64,000 bases of DNA from a virus. The translations under genes and the position numbers were made by a program. Shown one piece after another: positions 43,814-53,990 of this stretch; the stretch's first letter is position 1; each line of letters starts with the position of its first letter. The DNA lies in the IMG/VR virus record IMGVR_UViG_3300027734_002590, positions 1 to 64,000 of that record. The stretch is one strand, 5' to 3'. The notes below the pieces were generated by a model. The model was not told the origin of the DNA. It searched no databases and saw nothing but the letters and a program-made list of their open reading frames with translations.

Positions 43814-44545
43814 TTATCGATGTATCCAATCTTTACATTGGTACGGTTTTGACACTTGAGTTCTGCTCAAGTAATAGATGGAACGCTTTTTGATACGTTT
43901 AATAATTCGATGATTTTGGTCCCAATTGAACGCTTTTAAGTAAGTACGCCACGTATCGTAATTGCGTCTTTTACCTTTTTGATCTTCGTTCAAATAGTTC
44001 ACAATACATCTCATATCTCCGTGGAACTTTTCGTCAAGCTCACAAGCCATATTAAATGCGTATGCGTCAATTTCATCGTTGTCGCCCAAGTACTCTTGCT
44101 CGTGACGCTGTTTAGTAGATTCAGCAGTTGAGCTATATCCCGGAAGAGCTTTAAAATTGCGCTTACGTGCCTGTCTCATATGGATTATTTCATGCAGTAG
44201 AACGTCTGCAATACGACTACACAAACGGTTAAACCGTCTGCCGGTATATGTTAATTTGGTATCTGCTAGGCTATAAGCAAAACAAAGCTCAATAGCCTTT
44301 TGCTTATTCATATCGTATTCTGTATGGTAAACGCCCCCTACCCATACAAATGTTGGATCTACCTGTAATTCTTGGCTTTTTCTAACTCTAACAGGCATCC
44401 ATTTTTTAATATGCTTTGTAATGATATTATGGAAATCACTGATGGTTAAAGTTTTGTTCACAAGATCATCACGCACCATGTAAACCATGTCTACAATAGT
44501 GTTTTTATCCCACTCACTCCAGTTATATGAAGAAACTTTGGACAT
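43814..44545 (-). CDS. HEXXH metallopeptidase-like protein
   Basis: LLHEIIH and EIDAYA. Confidence 0.6.
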   Translation of the reverse strand: MSKVSSYNWSEWDKNTIVDMVYMVRDDLVNKTLTISDFHNIITKHIKKWMPVRVRKSQELQVDPTFVWVGGVYHTEYDMNKQKAIELCFAYSLADTKLTYTGRRFNRLCSRIADVLLHEIIHMRQARKRNFKALPGYSSTAESTKQRHEQEYLGDNDEIDAYAFNMACELDEKFHGDMRCIVNYLNEDQKGKRRNYDTWRTYLKAFNWDQNHRIIKRIKKRSIYYLSRTQVSKPYQCKDWIHR

Positions 44546-44607
44546 TGTAGTCTCCGATTGCTTTGTATTTATTCAGCAATAGAAAAACACATTATATACC
44601 TACTTAA

Positions 44608-44766
44608 CTACCAATGTCGGATTACTCCCGCTATAATAAACAAATTGGTAATAATGTAAACTAGAACTATTGCTGTTCTAATTATAGCAACTAAATCGGC
44701 CTCTGTGTTAGTCCTTCCGGACTTCTCTCCAAGAGCTTTTGCCCATAACCGCCACTTCTTGCCCAT
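44608..44766 (-). CDS. small membrane protein
   Basis: Manual translation MGKKWRLWAKALGEK...AGVIRHW; contains ambiguous base r at 44637. Confidence 0.55.
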   Translation of the reverse strand: MGKKWRLWAKALGEKSGRTNTEADLVAIIRTAIVLVYIITNLFIIAGVIRHW

Positions 44767-44768
44767 GG

Positions 44769-45197
44769 TTAAACCTGATTTACTTCTACTCCGGATTTTT
44801 CCAGAAACGAGACACCGCTAGTATCCCGATAAGAGTTGCGATATAAAACGTGCCCAATACCACTTTGGTAGATAAGTTTGGCACAGTCCAAACATGGAGC
44901 ATGGGTAATAAACATAGTAGCACCCATACCAGATTCGTTAGACTTAGCCAGTTTCGCGATGGCGTTAGTTTCTGCATGTAATACCTCTGGCTTACTTTTA
45001 AGTGTTACAGTATCGTCGCTATGTTGAACAACATCTTCGCAGTTGTTATCCCATCCACTTGGCATACCGTTATAACCAATTGAAATGATGCGATCGTCTT
45101 TTACAACAATCGCACCAACGTGCAGTCTACGGGCATGGCTGAGTTGTGCAAATCTCTCAGCCGTGTCCATATAAGCTTCAATCAGCTTTTGTTTCAA
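44769..45197 (-). CDS. dCMP deaminase
   Basis: GYNG, HAETNA, PCLDC. Confidence 0.93.
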   Translation of the reverse strand: MKQKLIEAYMDTAERFAQLSHARRLHVGAIVVKDDRIISIGYNGMPSGWDNNCEDVVQHSDDTVTLKSKPEVLHAETNAIAKLAKSNESGMGATMFITHAPCLDCAKLIYQSGIGHVLYRNSYRDTSGVSFLEKSGVEVNQV

Positions 45198-47122
45198 GTT
45201 GTTTCCTTGAACTCTGCATCAATGGTAGTACTTTCATCTCGATTTTCATCTCGACCGGGTTTGGCTCCTCGATCCATACTAGTTTCTTGTTTATTAGCTT
45301 CTTGAGCTTCAACCATTTTTTGCATGAATGTTTTATGCCATTCTTTTAGTTCGTCTTGAATTTTTTCGATTGATGCCTTATTGCTACCTTTGCAAACTTC
45401 TTTGGCACGTTCAATTGCTGATCTTGCATCGCCTTCTTCGTCGAGAGCAACACCCTTCTCGCCTAGTTCTTTGATTTGTTTTTCAATCATACCAGACAAT
45501 ACATCAGTTTCGTTACGTAAGTTGATAAGCTCAATTTGTTTCTTATCTTCTTCTGCATTGGCTTCAGCATCTTGTACCATTTTCTCGATCTCGTCATCGC
45601 TAAGACCTGAGCTAGCTTTGATTGTAATCTTTTTCTCTTTGCCTGTTTTCTTATCCTTAGCATTTACGTCAAGGATACCGTTGGCATCAATATCAAAAGA
45701 AACTTCAATCTGTGCCATACCTCGTGGTGCAGGATCGATACCTTCTAGATTAAATTCACCTAGTAATTTATTACCAGAAACTAAATCACGTTCACCCTGG
45801 TACACCTTAATAGTTACAGCTGGCTGGTTGTCCTCAGCAGTACTAAACGATTGGCTATGCTTAGTTGGAATAGTTGTATTCTTCTTAATCATTTTAGTCA
45901 TTACACCGCCTTGGGTTTCGATACCCAATGATAGTGGAGTAACGTCTAGTAGTAAAACGTCTGTACGTCCACCACTGAGTACTTGTCCCTGGATAGCGGC
46001 CCCAACGGCAACTGCCTCGTCTGGGTTAACATCTTTACGTGGTGCTTTACCAAATAGTTTTTCAACTTCTTCTTGCACCTTTGGCATGCGAGTCTGTCCG
46101 CCAACCAAAATTACTTCGTCAATATCTGAAGGACCAACATTTGCATCTTTCATAGCAGTCATGCATGGCTTTAGTGAACGCTGGATTAAATCATCTACTA
46201 AATTTTCTAACTTGGCACGAGTCAACTTAACGTTCAAGTGTTTAGGACCAGTTGCATCTGCGGTGATGTATGGCAGGTTAACATCTGTTTGTGCTGAACT
46301 TGAAAGTTCGATCTTAGCCTTTTCGGCGGCTTCTTTTAAACGCTGGAGTGCCAAAACATCTTTCTTAAGATCAACGCCGTTGTCTTTCTTAAATTCATCG
46401 ACTAGGTAATCCATAATGCGTTGGTCAAAGTCTTCACCACCTAAAAACGTATCGCCATTGGTGCTGAGAACTTCAATTTGTTTATCACCGTCGACTGAAG
46501 CAATTTCAATGATAGACACATCAAAAGTACCACCACCAAGGTCATACACAGCAATCTTACGATCTCTTTTATCATTTTTATCTACTCCATAAGCTAACGC
46601 GGCCGCAGTTGGCTCGTTAATAATACGTAGTACTTCTAGGCCTGCAATCTTGCCAGCATCTTTAGTTGCTTGACGCTGACTATCATTAAAGTAAGCTGGT
46701 ACAGTAATAACTGCCTGTGTTACTTCTTCGCCAAGATAGTCTTCAGCGGTCTTTTTCATCTTGCGCAGAATTTCAGCTGAAATTTGCGGTGGTGCTAATT
46801 TTTGTCCATTAGCCTCAACCCAAGCATCACCGTTCTCTGCTTGAATGATTGTGTAGGGCATCAGGTCAATATCTTTTTGAACTTCTTTTTCACTGAACTT
46901 GCGACCAATAAGGCGCTTAACAGCATAAAGAGTATTTTTCGGATTTGTTACTGCTTGACGTTTGGCTGTTGCGCCAACTAACACTTCATCGTTAGTGTAA
47001 GCAATAATTGAGGGGGTTGTTCTTGCGCCTTCGCTATTTTCTAAAACTTTAGAATTTGCACCATCAATAATGGCTACACAAGAGTTGGTTGTACCTAAAT
47101 CGATACCTATAATTTTTGACAT
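45194..47122 (-). CDS. dnaK: Hsp70 chaperone DnaK
   Basis: [24 protein letters not shown], full length. Confidence 0.98.
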   Translation of the reverse strand: MSKIIGIDLGTTNSCVAIIDGANSKVLENSEGARTTPSIIAYTNDEVLVGATAKRQAVTNPKNTLYAVKRLIGRKFSEKEVQKDIDLMPYTIIQAENGDAWVEANGQKLAPPQISAEILRKMKKTAEDYLGEEVTQAVITVPAYFNDSQRQATKDAGKIAGLEVLRIINEPTAAALAYGVDKNDKRDRKIAVYDLGGGTFDVSIIEIASVDGDKQIEVLSTNGDTFLGGEDFDQRIMDYLVDEFKKDNGVDLKKDVLALQRLKEAAEKAKIELSSSAQTDVNLPYITADATGPKHLNVKLTRAKLENLVDDLIQRSLKPCMTAMKDANVGPSDIDEVILVGGQTRMPKVQEEVEKLFGKAPRKDVNPDEAVAVGAAIQGQVLSGGRTDVLLLDVTPLSLGIETQGGVMTKMIKKNTTIPTKHSQSFSTAEDNQPAVTIKVYQGERDLVSGNKLLGEFNLEGIDPAPRGMAQIEVSFDIDANGILDVNAKDKKTGKEKKITIKASSGLSDDEIEKMVQDAEANAEEDKKQIELINLRNETDVLSGMIEKQIKELGEKGVALDEEGDARSAIERAKEVCKGSNKASIEKIQDELKEWHKTFMQKMVEAQEANKQETSMDRGAKPGRDENRDESTTIDAEFKETT

Positions 47123-47232
47123 ATTTTTCTCCTTTAATAAGCAAGTCTATCAACGACCCTTACGGCGCCATCGATAATATATTTATATTATACAATCTTG
47201 CAGTTTTTAATACAAGTATGTATCATATTTTT

Positions 47233-47307
47233 TGGCGGGCCCTGCAGGAATTGAACCCACATCGCATGGTTCGAAGCCACGTATTCTATCCATTGAACTA
47301 AGGGCCC
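47233..47307 (-). tRNA. tRNA-Arg(TCG)
   Basis: Cloverleaf, loop CTTCGAA, CCA encoded. Confidence 0.9.
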
Positions 47308-48155
47308 GTATAACCGTAAACAGTTATCATTTTTTGCAATTCCCAAATGTCGACATCTGGGTGAGCTAGCGGAATTCTCCATCGGCATTGATCCCAACAT
47401 GCATCGGTCCAGCCGTGACTAACTTTGTTGGCCTGTATCATAAATTCTCGCAAACGATCGAGTTCTCCCCAGGCCCAAAGGTGGTATGGAAATGTGTACA
47501 TGTTTCGATGATACACACTAAACTCGTTATCTATACTATCCAACCAACGAAGTGTTTCTTCTTTACTAAGGTATTCGGGGATCATACTATGACCGTGGAA
47601 TCCAAAACTAGGATGTTTTTTAACTGGTTCAGTTACTGAAAATTGTGCCGCAAGATCCACGGGCGGGTACTTAATGCCTTGACTTTCTAAATACGCACGA
47701 CTACTGAGACTAATAACTTGATCTTCCAACATACCTATATCGCCGTCATCGACTTGCGGGCAGTTAGGAGTAAGGTCTAGTAGTTTTTTACTGCGCAAAC
47801 TAAATCCGCCATTACCGATAGTCCACACATCATTTTTAAGCCAAGGCGCACCTATATAATCATATTGTAAAAATTCATCTGTCCAGTATTCAGAATTAAC
47901 TGGAAAGCCGTCGTACTGAACAAATAGAGCCCAACTGGTTGTAACATATTTGCCAACTTCTTGTAAACAGATGCGGGAATGTTCTATTCCATTAAATTTG
48001 TTTACCTTTACAAATGTATCACACGGATAAAAATCTTGATCGCTAAAGATTAGAATTTTGGCTTCGGGGAATATTTTTTTAGTGTAATCTAAGGCTATAG
48101 ATGTTGCATTGTAGTTAAGACTATCTATTGCAACAATCGTTAAATCTTTTAACAT
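47298..48155 (-). CDS. DUF5672-like glycosyltransferase-related protein
   Basis: QYDG, YDYIGAPW, GNGGFSLRSKK, FGFHG. Confidence 0.75.
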   Translation of the reverse strand: MLKDLTIVAIDSLNYNATSIALDYTKKIFPEAKILIFSDQDFYPCDTFVKVNKFNGIEHSRICLQEVGKYVTTSWALFVQYDGFPVNSEYWTDEFLQYDYIGAPWLKNDVWTIGNGGFSLRSKKLLDLTPNCPQVDDGDIGMLEDQVISLSSRAYLESQGIKYPPVDLAAQFSVTEPVKKHPSFGFHGHSMIPEYLSKEETLRWLDSIDNEFSVYHRNMYTFPYHLWAWGELDRLREFMIQANKVSHGWTDACWDQCRWRIPLAHPDVDIWELQKMITVYGYTGP

Positions 48156-48739
48156 CTTTCAATAACAAGTAAACCGTGATTGTTGTCATACTGTTCTTTA
48201 ATACGCCAGTTTGAATTCTGTTTTAAAAAATTACGAATTGCTTCCATAATTCCTGGCAAGGAGTCATCAAACTCTCCGCGTTCATCACCGCCGCGCTCTC
48301 CGTACTTTTCAGTATCATGAAATACAATATACTTTTTAACAAGGTTTCCGTTGTTCTTAAGTTCTTGTCCCACAGCGTTTCCGTTATGTAATGCATCAAT
48401 AAACAACATATCGCATTCGGGGATATAAAACTCCGGGTCAGTAGTATTTTGAATTGTTAAGGTCCAATCCCATTTTAAATTTTTTACTGTATTAATTAAC
48501 GGATCAAGTTCTGGATATTGTAAAATATCAAAGCTTCTCATCCACTTAGGTTCTGTAGATAAAAATGCCCAGGTGCTAGTTCCTGTAGCAACTCCAAACT
48601 CGCAAATGCTTTCGCACTCGCTTCCTAATCGTTGTAGTGTTGCTAAGTGTTCATTAATTTCGTACGGTGGAGCATTTTTAAGATACTCTACGTGTTGTTT
48701 TACTTCTTCAATTGTATTAAATGACATTGTTGTTCTCAC
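48149..48739 (-). CDS. class I SAM methyltransferase-like
   Basis: EFGV..G.ST, LFIDALH, VFHDT. Confidence 0.75.
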   Translation of the reverse strand: MRTTMSFNTIEEVKQHVEYLKNAPPYEINEHLATLQRLGSECESICEFGVATGTSTWAFLSTEPKWMRSFDILQYPELDPLINTVKNLKWDWTLTIQNTTDPEFYIPECDMLFIDALHNGNAVGQELKNNGNLVKKYIVFHDTEKYGERGGDERGEFDDSLPGIMEAIRNFLKQNSNWRIKEQYDNNHGLLVIERC

Positions 48740-49260
48740 TGTTTAATTCCGTCATCCTTGCCCCATGTAAACACTTGTTGAGGAGGAGTAAACAAAGTTT
48801 GATGACTTATTTTTCTTGCCACGTGCCATAGTAACGTACTATCGCTTTTCCATGTTTCGACAATTTCAAAACCGTTTAGTTTAAAAAAAGAAAGTATAGC
48901 ATCAGCATTAGTTACATGGATTCCGTGATTATTATAATTTTCTACAGGAGCATGGCCTATAAAATACCCACCGACTTTAACCATCCTTGCGGCATTACTA
49001 TATGCCTTGTGTGCATCCCAGACATGCTCGATTGTGCCTAAATTAAAAACAGTATCCCATTGTTGATCCATATGACTTAAATCATCTTGTAGGTCAACAT
49101 TATAATCACCGTTGTCTAGGTCGAGCGTTTTGTATTCAGTGGAACCAAATACTGTCTGGGCATCACCTATTTCACTATCTTGGCGCCCTAACATGAGCAT
49201 CTTGCCCTTGCAATATGGTCTTAATTTTGTATAAAATAAATGATGCTCTTTAATTAACAT
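48736..49260 (-). CDS. methyltransferase-like protein
   Basis: DTVFNLGTIEHV, VKVGG. Confidence 0.65.
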   Translation of the reverse strand: MLIKEHHLFYTKLRPYCKGKMLMLGRQDSEIGDAQTVFGSTEYKTLDLDNGDYNVDLQDDLSHMDQQWDTVFNLGTIEHVWDAHKAYSNAARMVKVGGYFIGHAPVENYNNHGIHVTNADAILSFFKLNGFEIVETWKSDSTLLWHVARKISHQTLFTPPQQVFTWGKDDGIKQ

Positions 49261-49281
49261 AATAACCTTAAATGAAAATGC

Positions 49282-49357
49282 TGGTGCCCCCACACGGACT
49301 CGAACCGCGGACCTACGGTTTACAAAACCGTTGCTCTACCAACTGAGCTATAAGGGC
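49282..49357 (-). tRNA. tRNA-Thr(TGT)
   Basis: Cloverleaf, loop TTTGTAA, CCA. Confidence 0.93.
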
Positions 49358-49380
49358 GCATCTTTACTTATTTCTAAATA

Positions 49381-49477
49381 TGGTACGGCTGGGAGGTTTC
49401 GAACCTCCAAAGGCGATGACTAAGTCGATGCCCCGTCCTGCTTAACGCAGAGGTCTGCCTATTCCACTTACAGCCGC
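49381..49477 (-). ncRNA. aberrant tRNA-like RNA (Leu-like body, non-canonical anticodon arm)
   Basis: GCGGCTG/CAGCCGT-ACCA acceptor, GGAGG-TTCGAAA-CCTCC T-arm, TCTGC-GTTAA-GCAGG arm, ~27-nt extra arm. Confidence 0.75.
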
Positions 49478-49484
49478 ATATATA

Positions 49485-49513
49485 ATTATACGTAATTCTA
49501 AAAATATAAGCAA
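49485..49513 (-). promoter_or_regulatory. promoter for the aberrant tRNA and tRNA-Thr
   Basis: TTGCTT-17-TATAAT, predicted +1 near 49478. Confidence 0.6.
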
Positions 49514-49540
49514 CCATTGACTAGACTATTAAATATTCAC

Positions 49541-50161
49541 ATGAAAACATTACACGAAATCAACAACGAACTAAAAGCTCTATACGGTGAAACCAGTTTA
49601 GATTTTACCGATAAGAGTGCAGATTCCGGGCATAGCTACTTGTCTTTTTATGAAAAATACTTCCAACCAAAACGAACTGACGAAATCCGTATGTTAGAAA
49701 TTGGCATCAGTATTGGCGGAAGTGCCTACTTGTGGGGGCAGTATTTTACTAATTTTGATTATTATAGTTTTGACATTGCTGGAGGTTATGCTGTATTAAG
49801 ACCTTTCCAAGCGGAAATTGAAGCTGACGAGCGTATTAGTTTGTATTGGGGGTGTAGTGCGTTTGATCCAGAACTGGCAAAGCAGTTTGGTGAAGAGACA
49901 ATGGACTTCATTATTGATGACGGTGACCACAGAGCAAATAGCCAGTGGCAAACGTTTCAAAACTATTGGCCTCGATTAGCCAAAGGTGGAGTCTATTTTG
50001 TTGAAGATGTTGTAAACACCGAAACAGCCAAAAACTTTATTCCCCATTTAGAGAACTATCTTAAAGGCCGAGGTGATCAGTTTGAGATTGATACCTATTA
50101 TGGTACACGTATCGCCGAAGGTAGACTTGACGATATTATTATTGCTATTACAAAAAATTAA
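49541..50161 (+). CDS. class I SAM methyltransferase
   Basis: LEIGI..GGS, IIDDGDH, GGVYFVED. Confidence 0.85.
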   Translation: MKTLHEINNELKALYGETSLDFTDKSADSGHSYLSFYEKYFQPKRTDEIRMLEIGISIGGSAYLWGQYFTNFDYYSFDIAGGYAVLRPFQAEIEADERISLYWGCSAFDPELAKQFGEETMDFIIDDGDHRANSQWQTFQNYWPRLAKGGVYFVEDVVNTETAKNFIPHLENYLKGRGDQFEIDTYYGTRIAEGRLDDIIIAITKN

Positions 50162-50760
50162 ATAACATCAAAGTTTATAATGCATCGGATGTCGCTAGTC
50201 GGCCCCGAGCTTGAATGATAGTATCTGCCATCAAATAAGACACATCGACCTTTCTTAGGACTAATGCGCTGTTTTACAGGCCATTGTACTCGAGAATAAT
50301 CACTTCCAATTGGGACGTCATTGAACGTCTTATCAAAAATAAATGTATCTCCGTCTGTGTCGTTGACGTAGTAAAGACACACTAGATGATCCTTGCCAAA
50401 GTCCACATGAACGTTATCGTACTCTTTACGTAGTTTATCTGCTAGTGGGATATGCATAAAACTACGGGCTTGTATAATCATTTTTGGAGTGACATTAATC
50501 TTAGCAAACGCTTCAAACATTAAAGGTAGCGTGAGATTATAAAGCGGACTTCGGATGCCACCAGAATCAACATCAAAAAAGATATGGCTTAACCCTGGGG
50601 TTAAGCCATTGATGTTTTTCATAGCCTTTGGGTCATTAACATCCAGCGCAATATCACGCTGGAAATGCCAAGGAGCATTTTGGTTAGTTAGTTCGTGTTC
50701 AATAAGGTCTTGATACCCTTTGCTGATCACATCGTCAATTACGTATATTTGATTTAGCAT
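50158..50760 (-). CDS. 2OG-Fe(II) oxygenase
   Basis: HVD, YYVNDTDGDT, PKKGRCVLFDG..YHS, R.IIN. Confidence 0.8.
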   Translation of the reverse strand: MLNQIYVIDDVISKGYQDLIEHELTNQNAPWHFQRDIALDVNDPKAMKNINGLTPGLSHIFFDVDSGGIRSPLYNLTLPLMFEAFAKINVTPKMIIQARSFMHIPLADKLRKEYDNVHVDFGKDHLVCLYYVNDTDGDTFIFDKTFNDVPIGSDYSRVQWPVKQRISPKKGRCVLFDGRYYHSSSGPTSDIRCIINFDVI

Positions 50761-50778
50761 AAGGGTATTTACGGACTG

Positions 50779-51357
50779 TTAGATTAGGCCTTCTTGATTT
50801 AGAACAATCTCAACTTCGGTTGGAAGTTCAATCTCAGTTCTAACATTCAACTCAAGAATCTCATCGTTGATTCTTTGTTTGGATTTTTTCAAATCCAATA
50901 CTTGAGCTTTGAAACCACTAATCTGTTCTTGTGTCAAGACACCTGTGCTAACGGTATCGCTATAGCCATAAAGGCTACGACGGCTGTTCTCGCCTTTTTC
51001 GGCTTTAAGTTTTTCAACTTTACCGTTGATAACCACCATGCTGTCTTGCACAGCATCTGCCTGTACAAGGGTAGCCAGTTGACCTAAACGCTTATCAATG
51101 TAAGCGGCCTTGGCCAGTCGATCGTTAATACCACTCATGGCATTAGCAGAGCCCACTAGGCTACGGATGTCATACAGACATGCTGTTAGACTTGCACGAC
51201 GATTGTCGCTATTGATTGTGTTGGCATTTGCTTTAGCCAATACTTCTGCTGTATCTTCAAACTCGTTAAGTTCTGCCTTAACAGTTACCTCAACAGCCTT
51301 GATTGCATCTTGGATGCCAGACTGGAGTGCGGATGCTTTACGTAGGGTTACTTTCAT
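50779..51357 (-). CDS. coiled-coil protein (weakly DIP1984-like)
   Basis: MKVTLRKASALQ...LN.RTEIEL; probable start ATG 51357. Confidence 0.6.
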   Translation of the reverse strand: MKVTLRKASALQSGIQDAIKAVEVTVKAELNEFEDTAEVLAKANANTINSDNRRASLTACLYDIRSLVGSANAMSGINDRLAKAAYIDKRLGQLATLVQADAVQDSMVVINGKVEKLKAEKGENSRRSLYGYSDTVSTGVLTQEQISGFKAQVLDLKKSKQRINDEILELNVRTEIELPTEVEIVLNQEGLI

Positions 51358-51390
51358 TTCTTTTCCTTTACAATTAACAAACAATAAAAA

Positions 51391-51630
51391 CGGTAAGATA
51401 AACAGCAAGCGAATAGCTGGACAATATGCAACTGTCAAGCGATCCAGCGATTAACCTTCACTTACAACTATCAACAAACAGAGAACCTAATATTGCCGGG
51501 TGACAATGGACAGAGCTTTCGCTGATTGGTCCCGGAGCACTAAGTTACGGAGGCTATCAAGCCAATTGTTCAGTAAAAGATTTCAAGTCTTTAACTGTTG
51601 TGCTACTCCTCATCTCCGTCTACCTTACCG
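51391..51630 (-). ncRNA. structured ~240-nt RNA/leader closed by a 15-bp stem
   Basis: CGGTAAGGTAGACGG pairs with CTGTTTATCTTACCG. Confidence 0.6.
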
Positions 51631-51666
51631 GAAAACCGAGCAAGCTCGATTTTCAAAACCTTATAG

Positions 51667-51990
51667 GTGCTCTCTGTGGCGCTTGAATCCGCGGTAGCCC
51701 AACTCTTCATGGCCGGTCCTTGTACATGGTCGACATTGACAAGTATTTCGGTGTTCCATTGTAGCTACTCAGAAAGCACGTATAAAGTGTCTAGCTACTC
51801 ACACCACATGAGCCCTAGACTGAGTTGTTACCCTGTCCACACGTTTTAGTCTTCTGGAAGGACTGTAGTTGTCCACCTAATGCGTTCCCGCCACTCCACC
51901 ACAGAGTACGGATGGTCATAGCACTACATACCCAGCACTCTTTATGGTGACTGCCCCACCCTCCTTCAGTAACGGGCAGGAGTGCCCGGG
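51667..51990 (-). ncRNA. tandem cluster of four small stem-closed RNAs
   Basis: GC-rich non-coding stretch with closing or internal stems at 51667-51779, 51787-51842, 51865-51927, 51931-51990. Confidence 0.5.
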
Positions 51991-51993
51991 TTA

Positions 51994-52878
51994 TTACAAG
52001 TATGTTCCGTCTTTTAAGAACTGAACATAATCTTCTATTCCTTCGCTAACTGTTCTACATAGTGTAACGTCAAAACCTGATTTTGTCAATGCCGTTGTGT
52101 CTGCTTTGGTATCTATTTGATACTGTTTGGACAAATCACTTGGCATATCGATGTAATCAAAATAAACTTCTTGGTCGACATGTTTTGCCAATTCTCTAGC
52201 AACACGTTCGAAACTCTCACTTCGGCCTGTGCCCAAATCGTAAGTACCCGGTTTAAAGTCTTCAATAAAATGCCAACAAGCACGACACACATCTTCAACA
52301 TAGATAAAATCTCTATAGTATTGATCGCTATCTTTAAAGATCTTGATGCTACCTGTTTCTTGTATTTGGTTATACCAATTTAGCATGGTAGATGCCATTC
52401 GACCTTTATGATATTCATTAGGACCATATACGTTAAAGAAACGTAGTACCGCTACAGAATTATCTAATTCGTTTTCGCTCATTTGTTTGCTAAACGCATA
52501 TTGGTTTAGCGGGCCGTTTCCGTTACCATACACAGCCGCAGAGCTTGCAAACACAAACGGAATCTGAACTCTCCGTGCAAAGTTAGCCCATTGGCGTGTG
52601 CTTAGTACATTGGTCTTGTAAACGCTTGCCCAGTCATTAGCCAACGTGTTACTGTTAGCACCTAGGTGAATGATACCTTGTATACTACCAGGACTAAATG
52701 CCTCTACTATTTCCATTTCGTTAGTAGATATGATCCCACAACTTTTACCAACTAGGTTCTTATATTGTTCTGGGTGTGGCATATCATCGACAGCAAGAAT
52801 GTCTGTAATCCCAATGCTGTTGAGATGGCCTACCATTGCGCTACCAATAAAACCACCTGCTCCTGTAACAACTATCAT
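51994..52878 (-). CDS. hldD: ADP-L-glycero-D-manno-heptose 6-epimerase
   Basis: MIVVTGAGGFIGS, ASSAAVYG, YAFSK, FNVYGPNEYHKGRMAS. Confidence 0.9.
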   Translation of the reverse strand: MIVVTGAGGFIGSAMVGHLNSIGITDILAVDDMPHPEQYKNLVGKSCGIISTNEMEIVEAFSPGSIQGIIHLGANSNTLANDWASVYKTNVLSTRQWANFARRVQIPFVFASSAAVYGNGNGPLNQYAFSKQMSENELDNSVAVLRFFNVYGPNEYHKGRMASTMLNWYNQIQETGSIKIFKDSDQYYRDFIYVEDVCRACWHFIEDFKPGTYDLGTGRSESFERVARELAKHVDQEVYFDYIDMPSDLSKQYQIDTKADTTALTKSGFDVTLCRTVSEGIEDYVQFLKDGTYL

Positions 52879-52922
52879 GCTATCTCCTGAATTTTTATAT
52901 AGTATAACATCTTTGTTTAAAT

Positions 52923-53558
52923 ATGTCTACTATGAAAACAGACAATATCGGTGTATTTCCACTCTTTGCTTGGCCATTAATGCGCCATACCTTAGAACAG
53001 GATCAATCAAATTCAGCTATAGATTATATTGCTAATAACGAAGAACTAAGATCAAATCAGGGTAATTTAATACATCCAAGTATTGAAATACTTGAGCGTC
53101 CAGAATTAGCTCTTCTAAAACAAGACATACTAGAACATGTTGACTTTTTTGCTAAACAAGTTTTATGCTATGTTGATGTCGAAGTTGAATTACTGCAAAG
53201 CTGGATTAACGTGACTCCACCTGGGATGATTCATCATGTCCATAGTCATCGAAACTCGATTATATCAGGTACTTACTATCCGTTTGGTACAGATAAAAGT
53301 CCTATTGTATTTCACAATCCCAACAACTTTCAATTCCAACCAAACACAGATGATTCTAATCAAAGTCCATTAGGAATGATCAGTAGAAACTGCATATTTG
53401 TTAATCCGGGCCCTGGCGAATTAATGCTGTGGCTAAGTCCTCTCAGCCACGAAGTGCGTGAAAACAAAAGCGATAAAGACCGACTTAGTCTTAGCTTTAA
53501 TGTGATGATTAGAGGGTTTGTTGGCCACAAAGAAAGTCTAAGCGGGGTCAGTCTTTAA
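52923..53558 (+). CDS. putative 2OG-Fe(II) oxygenase (TIGR02466-like)
   Basis: SWIN, HSH, SGTYY, HEV, RLSLSFN. Confidence 0.8.
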   Translation: MSTMKTDNIGVFPLFAWPLMRHTLEQDQSNSAIDYIANNEELRSNQGNLIHPSIEILERPELALLKQDILEHVDFFAKQVLCYVDVEVELLQSWINVTPPGMIHHVHSHRNSIISGTYYPFGTDKSPIVFHNPNNFQFQPNTDDSNQSPLGMISRNCIFVNPGPGELMLWLSPLSHEVRENKSDKDRLSLSFNVMIRGFVGHKESLSGVSL

Positions 53559-53990
53559 TACCTGATACTCGTAGTTAATACTTTCATCATTTTCGCGAAA
53601 AATCTCGGCGCCGTTCTTAAGATGGAATCTACGTGCCATTTCTGATTTAGGACTGAGTGTTACAAAACGTGTAACATTAGGGAATTGTTCTTTGATTTGG
53701 TCAACTGTTTGCATTAACAGTTCTTTGCCCGCACCCGGAGCATAACTCCAAATAGTATAAAATATAGCAGTTGTCGGAGCAAGTGCTTCTTGTGTTAGTT
53801 CTGCTACACTACTCGGAACTTGGTCGCATAGGCTTACGCACACCATAGCTTGGGGATCTTCTCCTTCGATCAGGCCACTAACAAAACGATTTGGACTTAC
53901 TCTAAAATCAACAGGAATTTCTGGACGTACAGGATCATCCTTAATGAATTCAAGTAACGGATCAGTAATGTCTGTAATAAATTTTAGCAT
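53538..53990 (-). CDS. GNAT-fold protein resembling malonyl-CoA decarboxylase C-domain
   Basis: AIFYTIWS, GAG, FVTLSP, ARRFHLKNGA. Confidence 0.6.
   Translation of the reverse strand: MLKFITDITDPLLEFIKDDPVRPEIPVDFRVSPNRFVSGLIEGEDPQAMVCVSLCDQVPSSVAELTQEALAPTTAIFYTIWSYAPGAGKELLMQTVDQIKEQFPNVTRFVTLSPKSEMARRFHLKNGAEIFRENDESINYEYQVLKTDPA

Noticed and set aside
44637-44637. Ambiguous base r
   Set aside because: Assembly or population polymorphism, not a biological feature.
45381-46409. 342-aa plus-strand ORF
   Set aside because: Antisense shadow of dnaK with no RBS or motifs; the same applies to the plus-strand ORFs within 14013-21428.
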